Shown one piece after another: positions 12,857-24,935 of a stretch of 41,394 nt of DNA (position 1 is its first letter; each line of letters starts with the position of its first letter). The notes under the pieces are model-generated. The model made no database searches. It saw nothing but the letters and a program-made list of their open reading frames with translations, and was not told the origin of the DNA. The translations under genes were made by a program, and so were the position numbers. Source of the stretch: Trypethelium eluteriae (taxonomy: Eukaryota); contig JAVECL010000161.1 in the NCBI GenBank assembly GCA_051942245.1, positions 1 through 41,394 of the forward strand, read 5' to 3'.

Positions 12857-13869
12857 TTCACACGTGATTTTGCAGCGACAAAGGTCACATTATTGCTAAT
12901 GATGCGGAGTACGGAGCAGCTTCTTTACTTTCACCATCACCGCATTAGTCTGACTATCATCCATATCTACCTGTGTGAAGAAAGTCATGCGAATGACAGT
13001 CTCGCAAATCGTAATCCGCAGAACACATTCAGGTTTCCCCGCCAAATTTGTCCCTCGTCCCTCCATAGAACAAGCGGAATATACAGAGTACTCGCTAGCA
13101 TTGCCAAAAGCAAATGCTCAATGGCGAATATTCTATAGTATCATTGGGAGTGCGTTGAATCATGATCACAATTAGAATGCCACCTTCAAATGAAAGCGTC
13201 CCTAATATAGCGTGCCCTCACCTGATTTACATGAACTCATGAAGTTCGCTTCAGATTACAGGTGATCTCTATTAGCAATGAGATTTGATGTGCCTCAAAG
13301 ACAGGTCTGTGACCCAATTCGATTCAAAATGAGGTACTCGAGCATCGTGTTAAAAAATACAATGGTAGGCTATATTTAGCAAATGCCTACATGTAGGCCT
13401 TCGATGGTAACGTCTGTGTTCTGTAAATACGAGCATCTCAGAAGGCATTAGAATGACGATTTCTAGAGAGTGTAAAGATAGCCAGTGATCGAGAACCGCA
13501 ATGATTGTAATGATCCTTATTTTTATACGAAACGATATTGAAGACACCCAATTCCTACCTCAAAGTCTCCGCGAGACGTCCATTTCCGAGCAAGCACTTG
13601 GAGATGAATTATATAGAAATTAGTATCCTGAATTGCTAGCATCGAGGAAGGCGTACTCCGTACTGGGAATAGATTTTGACCTACCAGTTTACGCTCCTAA
13701 AACTTGGTGGAACGATCATTGCCCAAGCAGTTGATGCAAACTGATCTGGCACGTCGATGAGACAAGAAATCGGTTGTCGCTCCATGAAAATATTGAACTA
13801 ATATATACATGATACAGAATTCCAGCTTACAAATGCGGAGGTTCAAGTCCTTCTATAGCTCAGGATCCG

Positions 13870-13948
13870 GCCATGGTAGTGTAGTGGTATCACGACACGT
13901 TGTGGTTACGGCTCCGTGTCGACCCTGGTTCGATTCCAGGCCATGGCA
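13870..13948 (+). tRNA. tRNA-His (GTG) with 8-nt intron at 13906-13913
   Basis: Acceptor stem GCCATGG/CCATGGC, anticodon stem ACACG/CGTGT, anticodon GTG at 13902-13904, T arm CCTGG-TTCGATT-CCAGG, discriminator A. Confidence 0.96.
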
Positions 13949-13954
13949 AACTTC

Positions 13955-13966
13955 TTTTTTTTTTTC
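13955..13966 (+). terminator. RNA polymerase III oligo(T) terminator
   Basis: T-run of about 12 nt, 6 nt after the tRNA. Confidence 0.85.
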
Positions 13967-15337
13967 TCCTTCGCTTGGGTACTTTGATTTCTTATAATAT
14001 TTTAATCTTATCATTTTCGTCTCAACTATACATAATGCGGAAAAGCCCCTAACGGCTTAGTGTACGAAGTAGCACCATCTAAATTTAGTGCCGATCCTCC
14101 TACAGCACAACGATCTCTACGATGCACTGCTTGACGAAGTTGCGCGATTGACTTACGAAAGTTCAAATATTTGTAGATACCTTACTAAGCGCCGATTTGA
14201 ACCTATGTTCCGTCATTAAATGAGTTGGATTTTTATGTACATGAAGTTTTGCCCCTTGCTGAGACCATAAAAAAGCCTCACAGTTGACGGGTCACGATAT
14301 GCAAATTATGCTGGTCAAGGGTAGGGTTCGATTGGTAGTCAATGCATCTTCTGATCAATGAAGCGGTGAAGATATTCCTGCCTAGTCAATAGTCAGTTTC
14401 GGGGCTGACGATATCCGGGCTCGGGTGTAACTATTTTCCTTGCCTTGTAACAATGATGAGACGACCGACCCTGTAAGAATTGCTACTGCCTACAGCGCCA
14501 CATGCAGCCGAAGAAAGCCACATTTTGGCCGCTACATTTACAGAAACCAAGCTTCAGCACAGGAGAAGGGAGAGAGACGATTCAACCTAATAAGGTTCTC
14601 AAGATTCCGACTATGTATGACAAGTAGATACAACACAAAGCTGGCTATATACGTCCCTGGGGTGGGCCCTCTTCACAGGGGCCGCCATCGCTCTTCAGCA
14701 ACGCCATCGCCAGTGCTGTAGTAGCAGAAACAAATACTCCATCAAAGTCTTTGATAAAAGATCTGTCAGAAGAAATTGGACCATTCAAGTCGTGAAACTC
14801 GTCCGGGCGGGTAGAGGGAAAGGGTTGAGCCACAAACACCCTGTAGAGGGATGTCGTGATTTGGAGGTATCATCTAAATCCCAAAACACTGCCGCCGTTC
14901 GTTTTAGTGAAGAATAATAGTGTAAGAGGGAAAAAAAAAAATAGAAGCGGTAGGAACAAAGATGATGGGAACGCTACAAAGTGGATGCGTGTAATCAAAC
15001 AAGTCGTGCGCTGACATGACTTCGTTGTGCTTTTCGTTCGGCTCTCCTCGTATCATCACGGCAATAACGGCATGATCCGTATGCACGTCGTAGTGTCGTC
15101 CACAGCATTGGACCGATGTAGGGCAACATCAAGGCAGAATTAGACACGAAATAAAGGACAAAGGAAACGACTGGGTTTCACCCTTGGCCAAAGCTACAAG
15201 CTAGACCAGGACATATGCTAGACATTCGATAATAGGCCGTAAAGCGGGTCGTCGTACTCTTGCGGAAAAAAGCGTTGCAGGACGTGAATCGGCGTTAAAT
15301 GAGACATTCTAGGGAAGCGACCGCGCATCGTGCCAGT

Positions 15338-17891
15338 CTAGTTGGCACGAATGACAAGCTTGGACAAGAACTTGTTAGACAAGCAGTCAAAGTCGTCACG
15401 ATCGAACTTGGTCTCCGTTCTCGACTTGAGATAGTTTTCTAGTGGCAGCTAATTAGCCGAGGCTCTGATGGCTAATAGAATTGCAAAGCTTACCATATTT
15501 GTTAACATGACCACGAACTTCAGTCATGGCATCACAGACAGCAGGATTCGAGTTCAAGATGAAGTGATGTTTGCGGGAGTCCCACTCGTTGAAGGCAGGC
15601 ACTCTCTGACTGATGGCTTGGAACAGACCAACGATGACGCCAACAGGAGTTGCCTCCATGTCGTTGCAGAACTTCTCAACGACAGCATTGTCTGGCACGC
15701 GGTAATGACAGTCGAACTGCATCTCTTCCCATACAGCGAGGAGGATGGCTGCCAACATGAAGATGGTAGGCCAGTTTTTGAGTTTCTCACCACTGTATAC
15801 GCTGGAGTATAAGGTAGAGAGTTCCTCTAGGATGTCCTTTTGAAGTTCCCGCCACATATTGGCAAGGGCACATTTGACCTGGAAATTGATCATAACAGGA
15901 GCGACGGTCTTTCCGTTGAACTTGGATTGGTCATCAGCGATCTTGCCTTTGTCACCTTCTTGCTCTGACAAGCCCTCTACCATAGTGAAGTGCATGGTGA
16001 GGTTGTAAGCAATGACCAGCTTGAGAGCCTTGCGGATGACCGGTAACCGCTCGCGCAAGTAGTACCGATACGCAGTCTTAAGAATCTCGGTTAAAAATTT
16101 GGTGCCCTCGAAATAGTCATCGATAAACTTCTCAAAGCCACCATCGATGTGACGATCGATATACTCAGACAGCAGTGAAGCCGAGATACCTTCCATGCCC
16201 GCAGTGAGTCTCGCCGTATCAAGCTCGAATGCCTTTGGCTTCTGAGTCCAGGTCTCCACCCAATCCAGACCAAAGACATTTTCGTCGCGGACATAGACTT
16301 CACGAGCATTGATGGGAAGATAGTGACCGTAGCCATGAGTAATATACAAGGTCCTCTCGTTCTGGGAAAAGCCCTTGATATTATCGACTGAGAAGCCAAG
16401 AGTGACGTGTCGTTCATAATCGGCCTTCCAATCCTTCATGAAGTAGGCAATGTCCTTGATGTCGATCCGAGTGCAAGGGACCTGCCAGAGTCGAGTGTGG
16501 GACGGTTGACATCCTCCACAAGGATCACCCTTATCACAAGTCTTCTTGAGGAACTTACAACGTAAGCAAGCTCTGAGTTTTCGAATCTCATGGGCTTGCT
16601 GGCGTTGGTCAGGGCGAAGAGGACCTCTTCTCCGGCCGACCTTCTTCTCTGAAACGGCTTCCTTCCTTCCTGAGTGTGCACTGACCTTCTTTATGACCGC
16701 TTTAGTAGTTTTGGAGACGGGACTCTTCTTTCGTCTATTTGGAGGTGAGCTCATGCCGGAGGACGACGGTGAGACAGAGGATGAGACCGGATGCTTAATG
16801 TCGATGGGTTCAACAGGAGTGGAGGTTGAGGCAGCATGTTGATGTGGAGAGTGATGGTGGAGGTCGCACTCCTGGCCGTAGTCTGGGAGGCCGTTGGGAG
16901 CGGTGTGGGCTTGAGCGAGCTCGAGATTGGATTCAGAGTGAGGGGAATGAAGAGGGAAGGGGATCTCCTCGTAGCTACTGAATGAGTGGGCAGATAGAGC
17001 CACATCGGAGTCTGAAGAATCCGAGCCGGTACGGATGTGGAGAGTCTGGCTGGGGTTGAAGACGGCATCGGTATAGGAGTCCAACGATTGGCGCGAGGGA
17101 GGTACTTGGAAGTCGACATTATTCCAGCCCTGATCACTGCTTGATAGCGACCGTACCTCGAGCCAGCTATCCGTAGGCGAAGTACCTGCCAAATTCGACT
17201 GTGGATAGACATCTGTCGAAGCCATGGAATCGTTGGTCATGCCCAAGCTCAACATCTCACTTTGAAAGTCGTTGACCTGATAGGCCAGCGCGTTCATAGA
17301 CTCCATTGGAGCAGACATGGGCATGTATTGTTGAGCTAGGCTGCTAGCATCCATGGAAAGACCCGCACTCAAGGGTGCTGTGGTAGATGGCATGTAATCA
17401 ACAGGCGATGATTGTAGAGTTCCTCCATAGTGGGCATTCGAGTAGGCCTGGTCGAAGGTCGGATCTTGGAGGTAAGTTTGCTGGGTCTGTTGAGCAAGTT
17501 GATACTGCCAGTCTGTCGTGAGCGTGGCACCTGATGGGTCGACGGATTGCGGATATCGGAGAGCAGCGGCACGCAATGCTGTCGCGGCCGCTGTGTTATT
17601 CGGCCGGCCGTGTGGATTCATGCTGAACTGGGTAGAAGTGCCATTCGGATTTACGTTGGTGTTTGGATTCGAGTTGGAGGTGGAATCAAGGGATTGATGG
17701 TGGAAGTGCGGCTGCTGCTGGTGCTGGTGATGTCCTTGATGAGACATGTCTGGCTGCTCTTGCTCCAGATTCAACGGCGGCCAGGTCGCTGGCGGTTGGA
17801 GATAAGAGAAACGCTGAGGGCCGCCGAGAGCATCGTGGGCGAAGGCGAGAGAGTCCATGGTCAGCACGGGCGGAGCAGGAGGAGGATTCAT
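15338..17891 (-). CDS. Zn(II)2Cys6 transcription factor (832 aa)
   Basis: Exons 17891-15494 and 15438-15338. RACLRCKFLKKTCDKGDPCGGC..PC cluster preceded by a basic NLS-like stretch, with a long Q/S/P/H-rich N-terminus. Confidence 0.92.
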
Positions 17892-19169
17892 CGAAGGCTC
17901 GATAGTGCAATGAGAGTCGGTGAGGATATTTGCGGCCGGCGGTGCGAGCAGCTAAACTCGGCGCCCCGTCGAGGACTGCGGAGAGGAGAGCATGATCGCC
18001 CGACGAGGTGGAGTTTGAAGGCGCCTGCTTACTACTCCGAATCACGCAGACCAGGGCCGAGCAGGAGAGGAAGCGCGACGACGCAGAAGCGGAAGAGATG
18101 GCAGTGGTGAGGGGTTGGAGTGCGCGAAAATGCGGTGAGCAGGAGGCCGGTTGATGCTGCTTGATGCTGGCCGAGCGGAGACGATTGGCTGGCCGTGCAT
18201 TAGCCTCCTGCCGCCCACACCGCTCCTTGGAGAAGATTGGAACTCCACCAGACCCGCCCCAGCCTCGCCGTCGATCGCCCAAACATTAATGCATCGCGCG
18301 CTCCGGCACAGTGAAATGCTGAACTGCTGGACTGGCTGTGCCTGTCTGCAACTTTTCCCTCGCTATAGCACGCGCCGAACTCTCTGGCCGCCGCCTGACT
18401 ACTGTAAGCCCTCGTCCAGAAGCCTGTGGATACGGAGCTTTTTCTTATAGTTGACCTGAACGACTCTGCTACGCCGTACCGGGCTACGCGCTGGGCGATT
18501 TCTCAACCCGCACCTCGTTCAGTCCTTGCCGCACCACCATGCAACCTAACGGTGGCATCGTGTGCAAGGCCCGCTGCAGGCTCGCAAATGGGGTATATCT
18601 CGGCCACGAGCGAGCCGGAACCGCTACATGTGTCTTCAGCGTGTCTACGCCCGTCAAGGCGGTATCCGATACAAGCAACCACATGCTGCGCACGCCAGCT
18701 CGCCCTCCTTGCATATCGATGTGATGACCATTTGCCACTTTCAATATCGTGTTCCGCACCTCTGATCCTATTGTGCATGCTCCTATGATCTCTTCATTGC
18801 AAATTGCGGCGACCCCCGATGACCATTTTGTGCGCCACGAAAATGAGTGACATGAAACGTACTGTCGCACCCCCGAGCTCATCAATGCGGCGATACCTCC
18901 GTGACTCCTGCTTACTCAAGACTCATTTCTGATCGTAATTTCACCATTTGTACATCATCGGGCGCCTGCAGCATGTTGAGCTCGATATGTCGTGCAGGCT
19001 TACGCTGTGTCCCTGACGCCAATGTCAAGCGAAAGGGCAAGCGAGTCATTAGATCTTTGACAGTAGACTTTATTTATTATAAACGCGATTGTGCCATAGG
19101 CTATTCAGATTTTTTCATGGTACTTGTTGCCACATCACAGTTACACTTTGTTCATATACGACAACCCAC

Positions 19170-21024
19170 CTAATCCACGTCTTTGTCCTTGAAAAAATCT
19201 CGTGTTTGCTCCGCTGTACCCCAAGGCAAAACGTAGACAGGGTGCACAAGTCGAATGCGATCATCTTCATCGAATGGGACGCCTTCCTCCTTCGTCGCAT
19301 CAACTCTCCAATTGAAGCTAGCGGACAGCGGTGCTGGGTTCCCCTTGGTATCTGGAGAATAGTAATATGGGTTCTGCGCAGCATTCAGGCCTGCCAATGA
19401 GTAGCATGTGTGGTATGCGTCAGGCCTGGCTCCTGGCTTATCTCGCAGACCTCCTGACTTTGCTTGACAGCAGCATAGTAAATATCTGGTGAGTCCTTCT
19501 CGGCTCCATAGACTGCCAGGGGGAAGACACTCCGAGGATGACTGGTTGGCGCCACGCATGGCAGCTTCCAACAGCACCCAGCATCCTCCAATCCAGTGAC
19601 TATAGCATGCGTCCACCAGCTTATTCGTACGACCGGCGAATCCGCCTTCTGGAGTCGTTTGTTGAGCAGAAAGCCAGGATAGGAGTAATGGGACGTCCAA
19701 ACAACTATCATTTGTCAGCCTGTGGATGGCGTAGCGTTGCAATGTAGAACAGTGCCCTACCGATTGATAGTCTCGTGGGGTTCCCCGATAATGCAAAGAC
19801 AGGCAAGCGCACAGAATGCGTACCCACCATGTGCTTCATTCCCAGGAGCCGCTCCGATTCCTCCTTCAAAAGACTGGCCTAGATTGGTGTCAACCATTAC
19901 CGATCTGAATGTATGACCGAGGTGACCTACAGTGAGATATCCAGCCCATTAGTCCAGTCAGGAACGTTTCGTCTCCCTTAACTCGAGCAGGAGAGCTTGA
20001 GGGGAGCGCAAGTGGCAAATTGAGTAGTGATATAATCGTCATCGCGCAGTAGGCTCCTCTTGGGACGCCCGTCAGCATGAGTTATACGTGAGGCTTGTGT
20101 GAGCAGACCTCATGTCTTCTTCGCCTCCGTGAGTAACCTGAAATCCTCCGTCTCTTTGCTTTACACTACCGAGCCATTGCCACCTACCACGCGACATCAG
20201 CTGGGTCAATCAACATCGGAACGGATGATGAGTACGTACATGGCTTTGCGGTCTACCAGCTCCAGGGCTTCCTTGCCGCCAACAATGGCAAGACTGAGTA
20301 CACAAGCGTAGCTGGAGGCAATATGAGACAATTGCCCATGGCCCCCTCCAAATCCACCTGTTGCATTCTGTAATGGCTTCACTGTCTGGACGAGGCTACA
20401 TTGCATCAGTATCATAATGGCTACTTGTTGCCGAGCTATTTTTCTCTGGTGTGAAGCAAATAAATCTGCGTCTTGGAATGAAAAGACTTACCGCTCGCGA
20501 TACTCACTGACGTCTTCGCCCAAGAAAGACAATCCTGCGAGAGACCAGTAGAATAGCCACGGACGACTTGCGTCCATGGCCACGAATGGGGCCGGAAAGT
20601 CGGCCAGATTGCCGTGTAGGAAGTTGACATGGTCTTTTTTGCGTAATGAGGGTATCCCAAAGGAGTTCTGTTTGGGGATGGGAGAGTCACTTGTGTCGTC
20701 GTTCAGCAGGAATGGAAGACATTTTTGCATAGTATCACTGCGCGCTTTTGATGTTTGTGTCTCGAGTCCATCTTGAATTGGCGGAGGATTGGTAAACAAA
20801 GCCGGGACTGCAAACGCAGCCTTCGTCTGATCTACTACAAGCTCTCGAATAAGCTCAATCTCAAAAGACGCGTCGGCCGAATCGTTGTGCCTGCGATAGT
20901 TAGGAGCTGTTGGAGACATGTTGTACTCTTTAGATTTCCGCCGATATCTGTCGTCAGTACTGCGTCCTGATGAGAAGCGAACTTTGCGTCGACCAGCAGT
21001 GTGGATCGGAATGAAGAGGGGCAT
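19170..21024 (-). CDS. RAM1: Protein farnesyltransferase beta subunit
   Basis: Exons 21024-20492, 20395-20240, 20183-20109, 20058-19931, 19878-19761, 19704-19170. Motifs MDASRPWLFYW, GGFGGGHGQ, EAHGGYAFC, GRTNKLVDACYSHW, GGLRDKP..DAYHTCY. Confidence 0.96.
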
Positions 21025-24000
21025 TCCAATCCCTCGAGTTCAGTGACGCGTTTGGTCTTTGTTCACATGTGTTAGTATTGTTGTGTGCATTGTCGCCGTA
21101 ACAAACCCTCCGAAGCTCGATTGCATAATTAGCTTTCTACAAAGTCAAGCTGTAACGAGTGAACTCATCACCCAATGCCTTCTGTACTAGAATGCACTCC
21201 ATAGAATTCCCCTGAAAATTTCGGTGAGTGGGAAGGCATTCGATGCTTACTAGAAGCTGAAGGTCGGGTAGTGCCCGGCAGGAGGTGTCTTACTGGCATC
21301 TTGGATATTTTAATACCATTAGCACAGAGGACCGATCACTTCATCAGCAGCATCACGTTTATTCTGAAGATGGACATCAATGCTCATTCAATTCTAGTTC
21401 TCTAAGTACAAGCTAGGAGCCAACGGCATTGGTTGTGTAGACCATTAGAGGCGGAGGCTCTATCTTTCCCTTCGCCGACGCTTTGATTGCCTGATGTGCC
21501 TCACACTGATTATCATAATAACTTGCGCTACATTAGCAATCCCGATCAGATAGAAATACTAGGAGAAGCGTACTTCATGTCTTCGACGCTGGCAAATTTC
21601 GTCACGGCAAGGAAGGAGTAGCCTTGGTTGCGAGGATCAGTATTCGCCTTGCCGGCGTTGACCTCTAGTATATACGGTTTGCCATCCTGTTATTCAACGT
21701 CAGATACGGACGCTGGGAAAGATCAGAGAAATCACCTTCTTTGCATCCTTTTTCAATGTCGAATATTTCTCGAGGATCCCATCAATGTCGGCTGGATTGG
21801 GCACCTGTACTACCGTTAGGGAACCCTCAACTCTGCCTAGAGGTCGAATCAGGAAATACTTTGAATAGTGTCGAGCGGACTACGGCTTCCGAAGCCATTC
21901 TACTTCACCCAAGAAGGGACTATCGAGGAGTAGTACGTGCCTAACACCGGCTACGTCTAAAAGGTTCTTCAGAGATCCGCAACCAGAAACTTTGCCTATA
22001 GTCCTCACTGATGAAGGATATGGAGGATAAGGCAAACGTTTGGATCCATCAATGGAAATGGAGAATGTGAAAGAACGAAATGCGACTTCAATGGACTATC
22101 GTGAGACGAAACCCCACCTTACGGAGTCCGGTGCTTGTGGAGACGCCGGCTTACTATGTACCTACATGTGAACGTGAAGACATACAGAATCGCTTTAATA
22201 AATCAGCAGCTCTCAACAGACATCAACAGACAACAGAGAGCACCATGAAGGGAAGAGAGATATCCAAAGTCTTCTTGTGGTGTTCAAAGTGGCCTCTCGG
22301 ACAGGGTCTACTACTTGACTCCAGTGCGCTCATCATTGGTCAGTGGGGAGGAGTAGCGTTTGAGGTTCTTTTGCAGCGACATCTTGCAGATCCTGGAGCA
22401 AGCTTTGTCGTTCTGCAGCGGAATTTGTCTGGACTGGTAATCGATTGGCGGAGAAGGCAGGAAGAAAGTTGCTGCATTCTTTCGAAGATACGATACGACT
22501 GGGGGTAACCTGGCGTGCCTGGCGGGGCAGGCGCGCATTGCAGGGCGCACAGGCCACAGGCCGCTGCCGCACGAGCCCGCCAAGTCGGACGTCCAACCTC
22601 GCCCCCAGCCTAACTAGTAGAGTCGAGGCGGTAGCTACGGTAGCGACAAACTCAAAGCACGACACCGCGGGAAGATGCAGCAGCTGCACCTCCTCTGCTC
22701 GCTGCTCTGCTCGCTGCTTCGTTACCGGCTCAATGTCCCTAGAGCGCCTATAGAGTAGGTACGCCGCACTGGTACCGCCGGGAGCGCGCAAGGCAGCCGT
22801 GCTCCTTTGCAAGTCCTTGTACCTGCTCACTTCATTAAGGATGCCCGAATGAGCGTCATTAGACCCTGCAAAGGATCGCCTCTACTGCAATCGCGCTCGA
22901 GCCGTCTTCATCTTTCACTCAATCACCGCAATCGTGCCATTCGCCACGCCGCAAAACTCGCCGGCGTCGGGCGAGGCATGCATCCACTTTTCTTCTCTTC
23001 CCCACAACGCGGCAGCTATACGCAACGGTAAGTCTCCTCCATCTTCTGTCTTGCGGCGGCCACAGTATCATCCTTTGCAGGCAGCAGACGTCTGGGCGAA
23101 TCCGACGCTCGCCGTTTGACTGTAATCGCCGTTTCCGGAGCGCTGCGCATCGTCAAGCGGTCTGCCAACTCACCTTGCATGTACTTAAGTAGTCTACCGC
23201 CGTATCGCCCGGGTTACACTGTCCATCGACCCTCAGATGCTGGCCGGTCAAACGCCAAAGGCTCGACCCATCCCGGGCCTCCTAGAGCTCGCTGCGGCGA
23301 TTGCTGTCTGCAGCGTCAATCATGCTAACCTCCTCTCGTCTGCGAATCCATATCTCCCAAAAAACCGCGCTACGCCGGCACTGGAGCTGACATGGCTTTC
23401 CCCTCGTACGAACTCATCCAGTTGCCTACTCAGGCACCTGCCCAGCAATTGCACGTGCAGTGGACTCGCACCGCTCCAAGTCTCTCCGTATTCTCGTGCG
23501 GGCGCGGTGGAGAAAATCGCTGTATCTGACGTTACTGATGCATCCTTCGAATCAAATTTTTGCATTAGCGGCCGCCCGGACTGAGGGTTAACGAAGTCCC
23601 CGTACCAGACTCTCTCTTTTCGAATGGTAAACCCGTGGGGTTGCCCCAGGACAAGTAAGCGGGTGAAATAAACTGCTGAGCGAGACGCTGGTCATCTAAG
23701 CGCGTAGCAGCCGCCATTGGCTCACCGTCAGCTGCAATCATAGCGTGATGGACAAGCACTGGATCGGACAATAATAATTTTTGTCCTGTGCACACCAAGC
23801 CGTACGCCTCGATCGGCATCTCTCTGTGCATTGAATCTTATGAGTCGATCATTTAGCCTACACTTCGGATCCTCGTTTTAACTGGTAGAAAGCACCGCCA
23901 GCACATCAGGATGGGTCCTTTCCTTCAGAGCCTCAGAAATGCCTGCAGGCGTTGCATCTGGAACAACCAACATCCTAGGTTCATCTGGGTAGCCAGTCCC

Positions 24001-24323
24001 GCATTGTACCCATGATGTATGGGGGTGGGATAATCCAATAAAAAGTACAATTGCCTCACTCTACACGTCCTACACCTCATCTTGCTTTTCTGCACGTTGA
24101 CCCCTTCGTCCATCTGGCCTTTGCTGGCTCGACGGACACTCACCTCGCTTCTATCATCGCTCACCCGTTTCTTTTTCCCATTTCCTCAAAGCGGCTATCG
24201 ACTATTGCCTACTCCTGGCCTCGGCACATCTGCTTGTGTACTTCTTGTAGTCAATTGGAGATTTGACGATCTTCAATTCACAGTCCAATTGTCATTGCTC
24301 TCCCACGCGGCATCCCCCCAACC

Positions 24324-24935
24324 ATGTTCTACATCATGTACCTTGCTGGTATGTTTGCTGTCCTTACGGATGTACAGAATTCAGGCACACAAATCATCCG
24401 AGTGGTTACCGAACATTCAATACCCCAATGCAGCTAAGATTTCATTGCAATTTGCTGACTAGTGATCTATCAAATAGGGCTATGCCAACGTCGTCACTGG
24501 CCAGACCCATTATACGAACCCTTTCGTACCCGTCGTGGCTACCAATGCACCGTTCGAGTCAACAACAGGGAATACACAACCGACACTGCGTATGAAAGCG
24601 AAGAACTTGCACGCAACGCTGCCGCAACAAGGGCCTATATGATATGCCGAAATTTCTCCGTCAATGACGGCATGTATCGTAATGGCCAGAGTGGAGTCGT
24701 CCAAGGCCTGCCTGTTGCAATTGGTACCGGTCGACGCTCCACATACTCTTCCGTCAGCGATTACGACAGTGCAAGCAGCAACTACGCCGATGCCGGGAGT
24801 GGTGGAAGTAGTCCGCGGAGCAGTGACAGCGGGCTCGAGGGCGAAAGCCGACGTCAGAGCGTGTCTCTTTGCCACTGCGGAAGAGGTTACATCCGCTCCT
24901 ATAACCGATGCAGTTCTTGCCTTCGTGGTAGATAG
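24324..24935 (+). CDS. Small double-stranded-RNA-binding-domain (DRBM-like) protein, 160 aa
   Basis: Exon 24324-24348, intron 24349-24477, exon 24478-24935. YLAGLCQRRHWPDPLYE..YQCTVRVNNREY..SEELARNAAATRAY fits the alpha-beta-beta-beta-alpha dsRBD pattern. Confidence 0.8.

Noticed and set aside
13385..13398. 14-bp perfect palindrome GCCTACATGTAGGC
   Set aside because: Isolated, with no context or second copy to suggest function.
14645..14839. 64-aa minus-strand ORF downstream of the transcription factor
   Set aside because: No ATG, no motif, and the factor already has a complete last exon.
18721..18765. GTGATGA...CTGA C/D box pair
   Set aside because: Only 45 nt, with no terminal stem or recognisable rRNA guide.
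21213..21226. GAAAATTTCGGTG resembling RNase P CR-I
   Set aside because: Mismatch to consensus and no matching CR-V/P4 partner found.
22333..22830. 165-aa and overlapping ORFs in the large gap
   Set aside because: Non-ATG starts, Arg/Ala-rich composition typical of GC-rich non-coding DNA, no domains.
23582..23601. Telomerase RNA template (TAACCCTCA on minus) or RNase MRP-like GAAGTCCCC
   Set aside because: Template differs from TAACCCTAA, the Sm-like sites are on the opposite strand, and no supporting conserved regions are seen.
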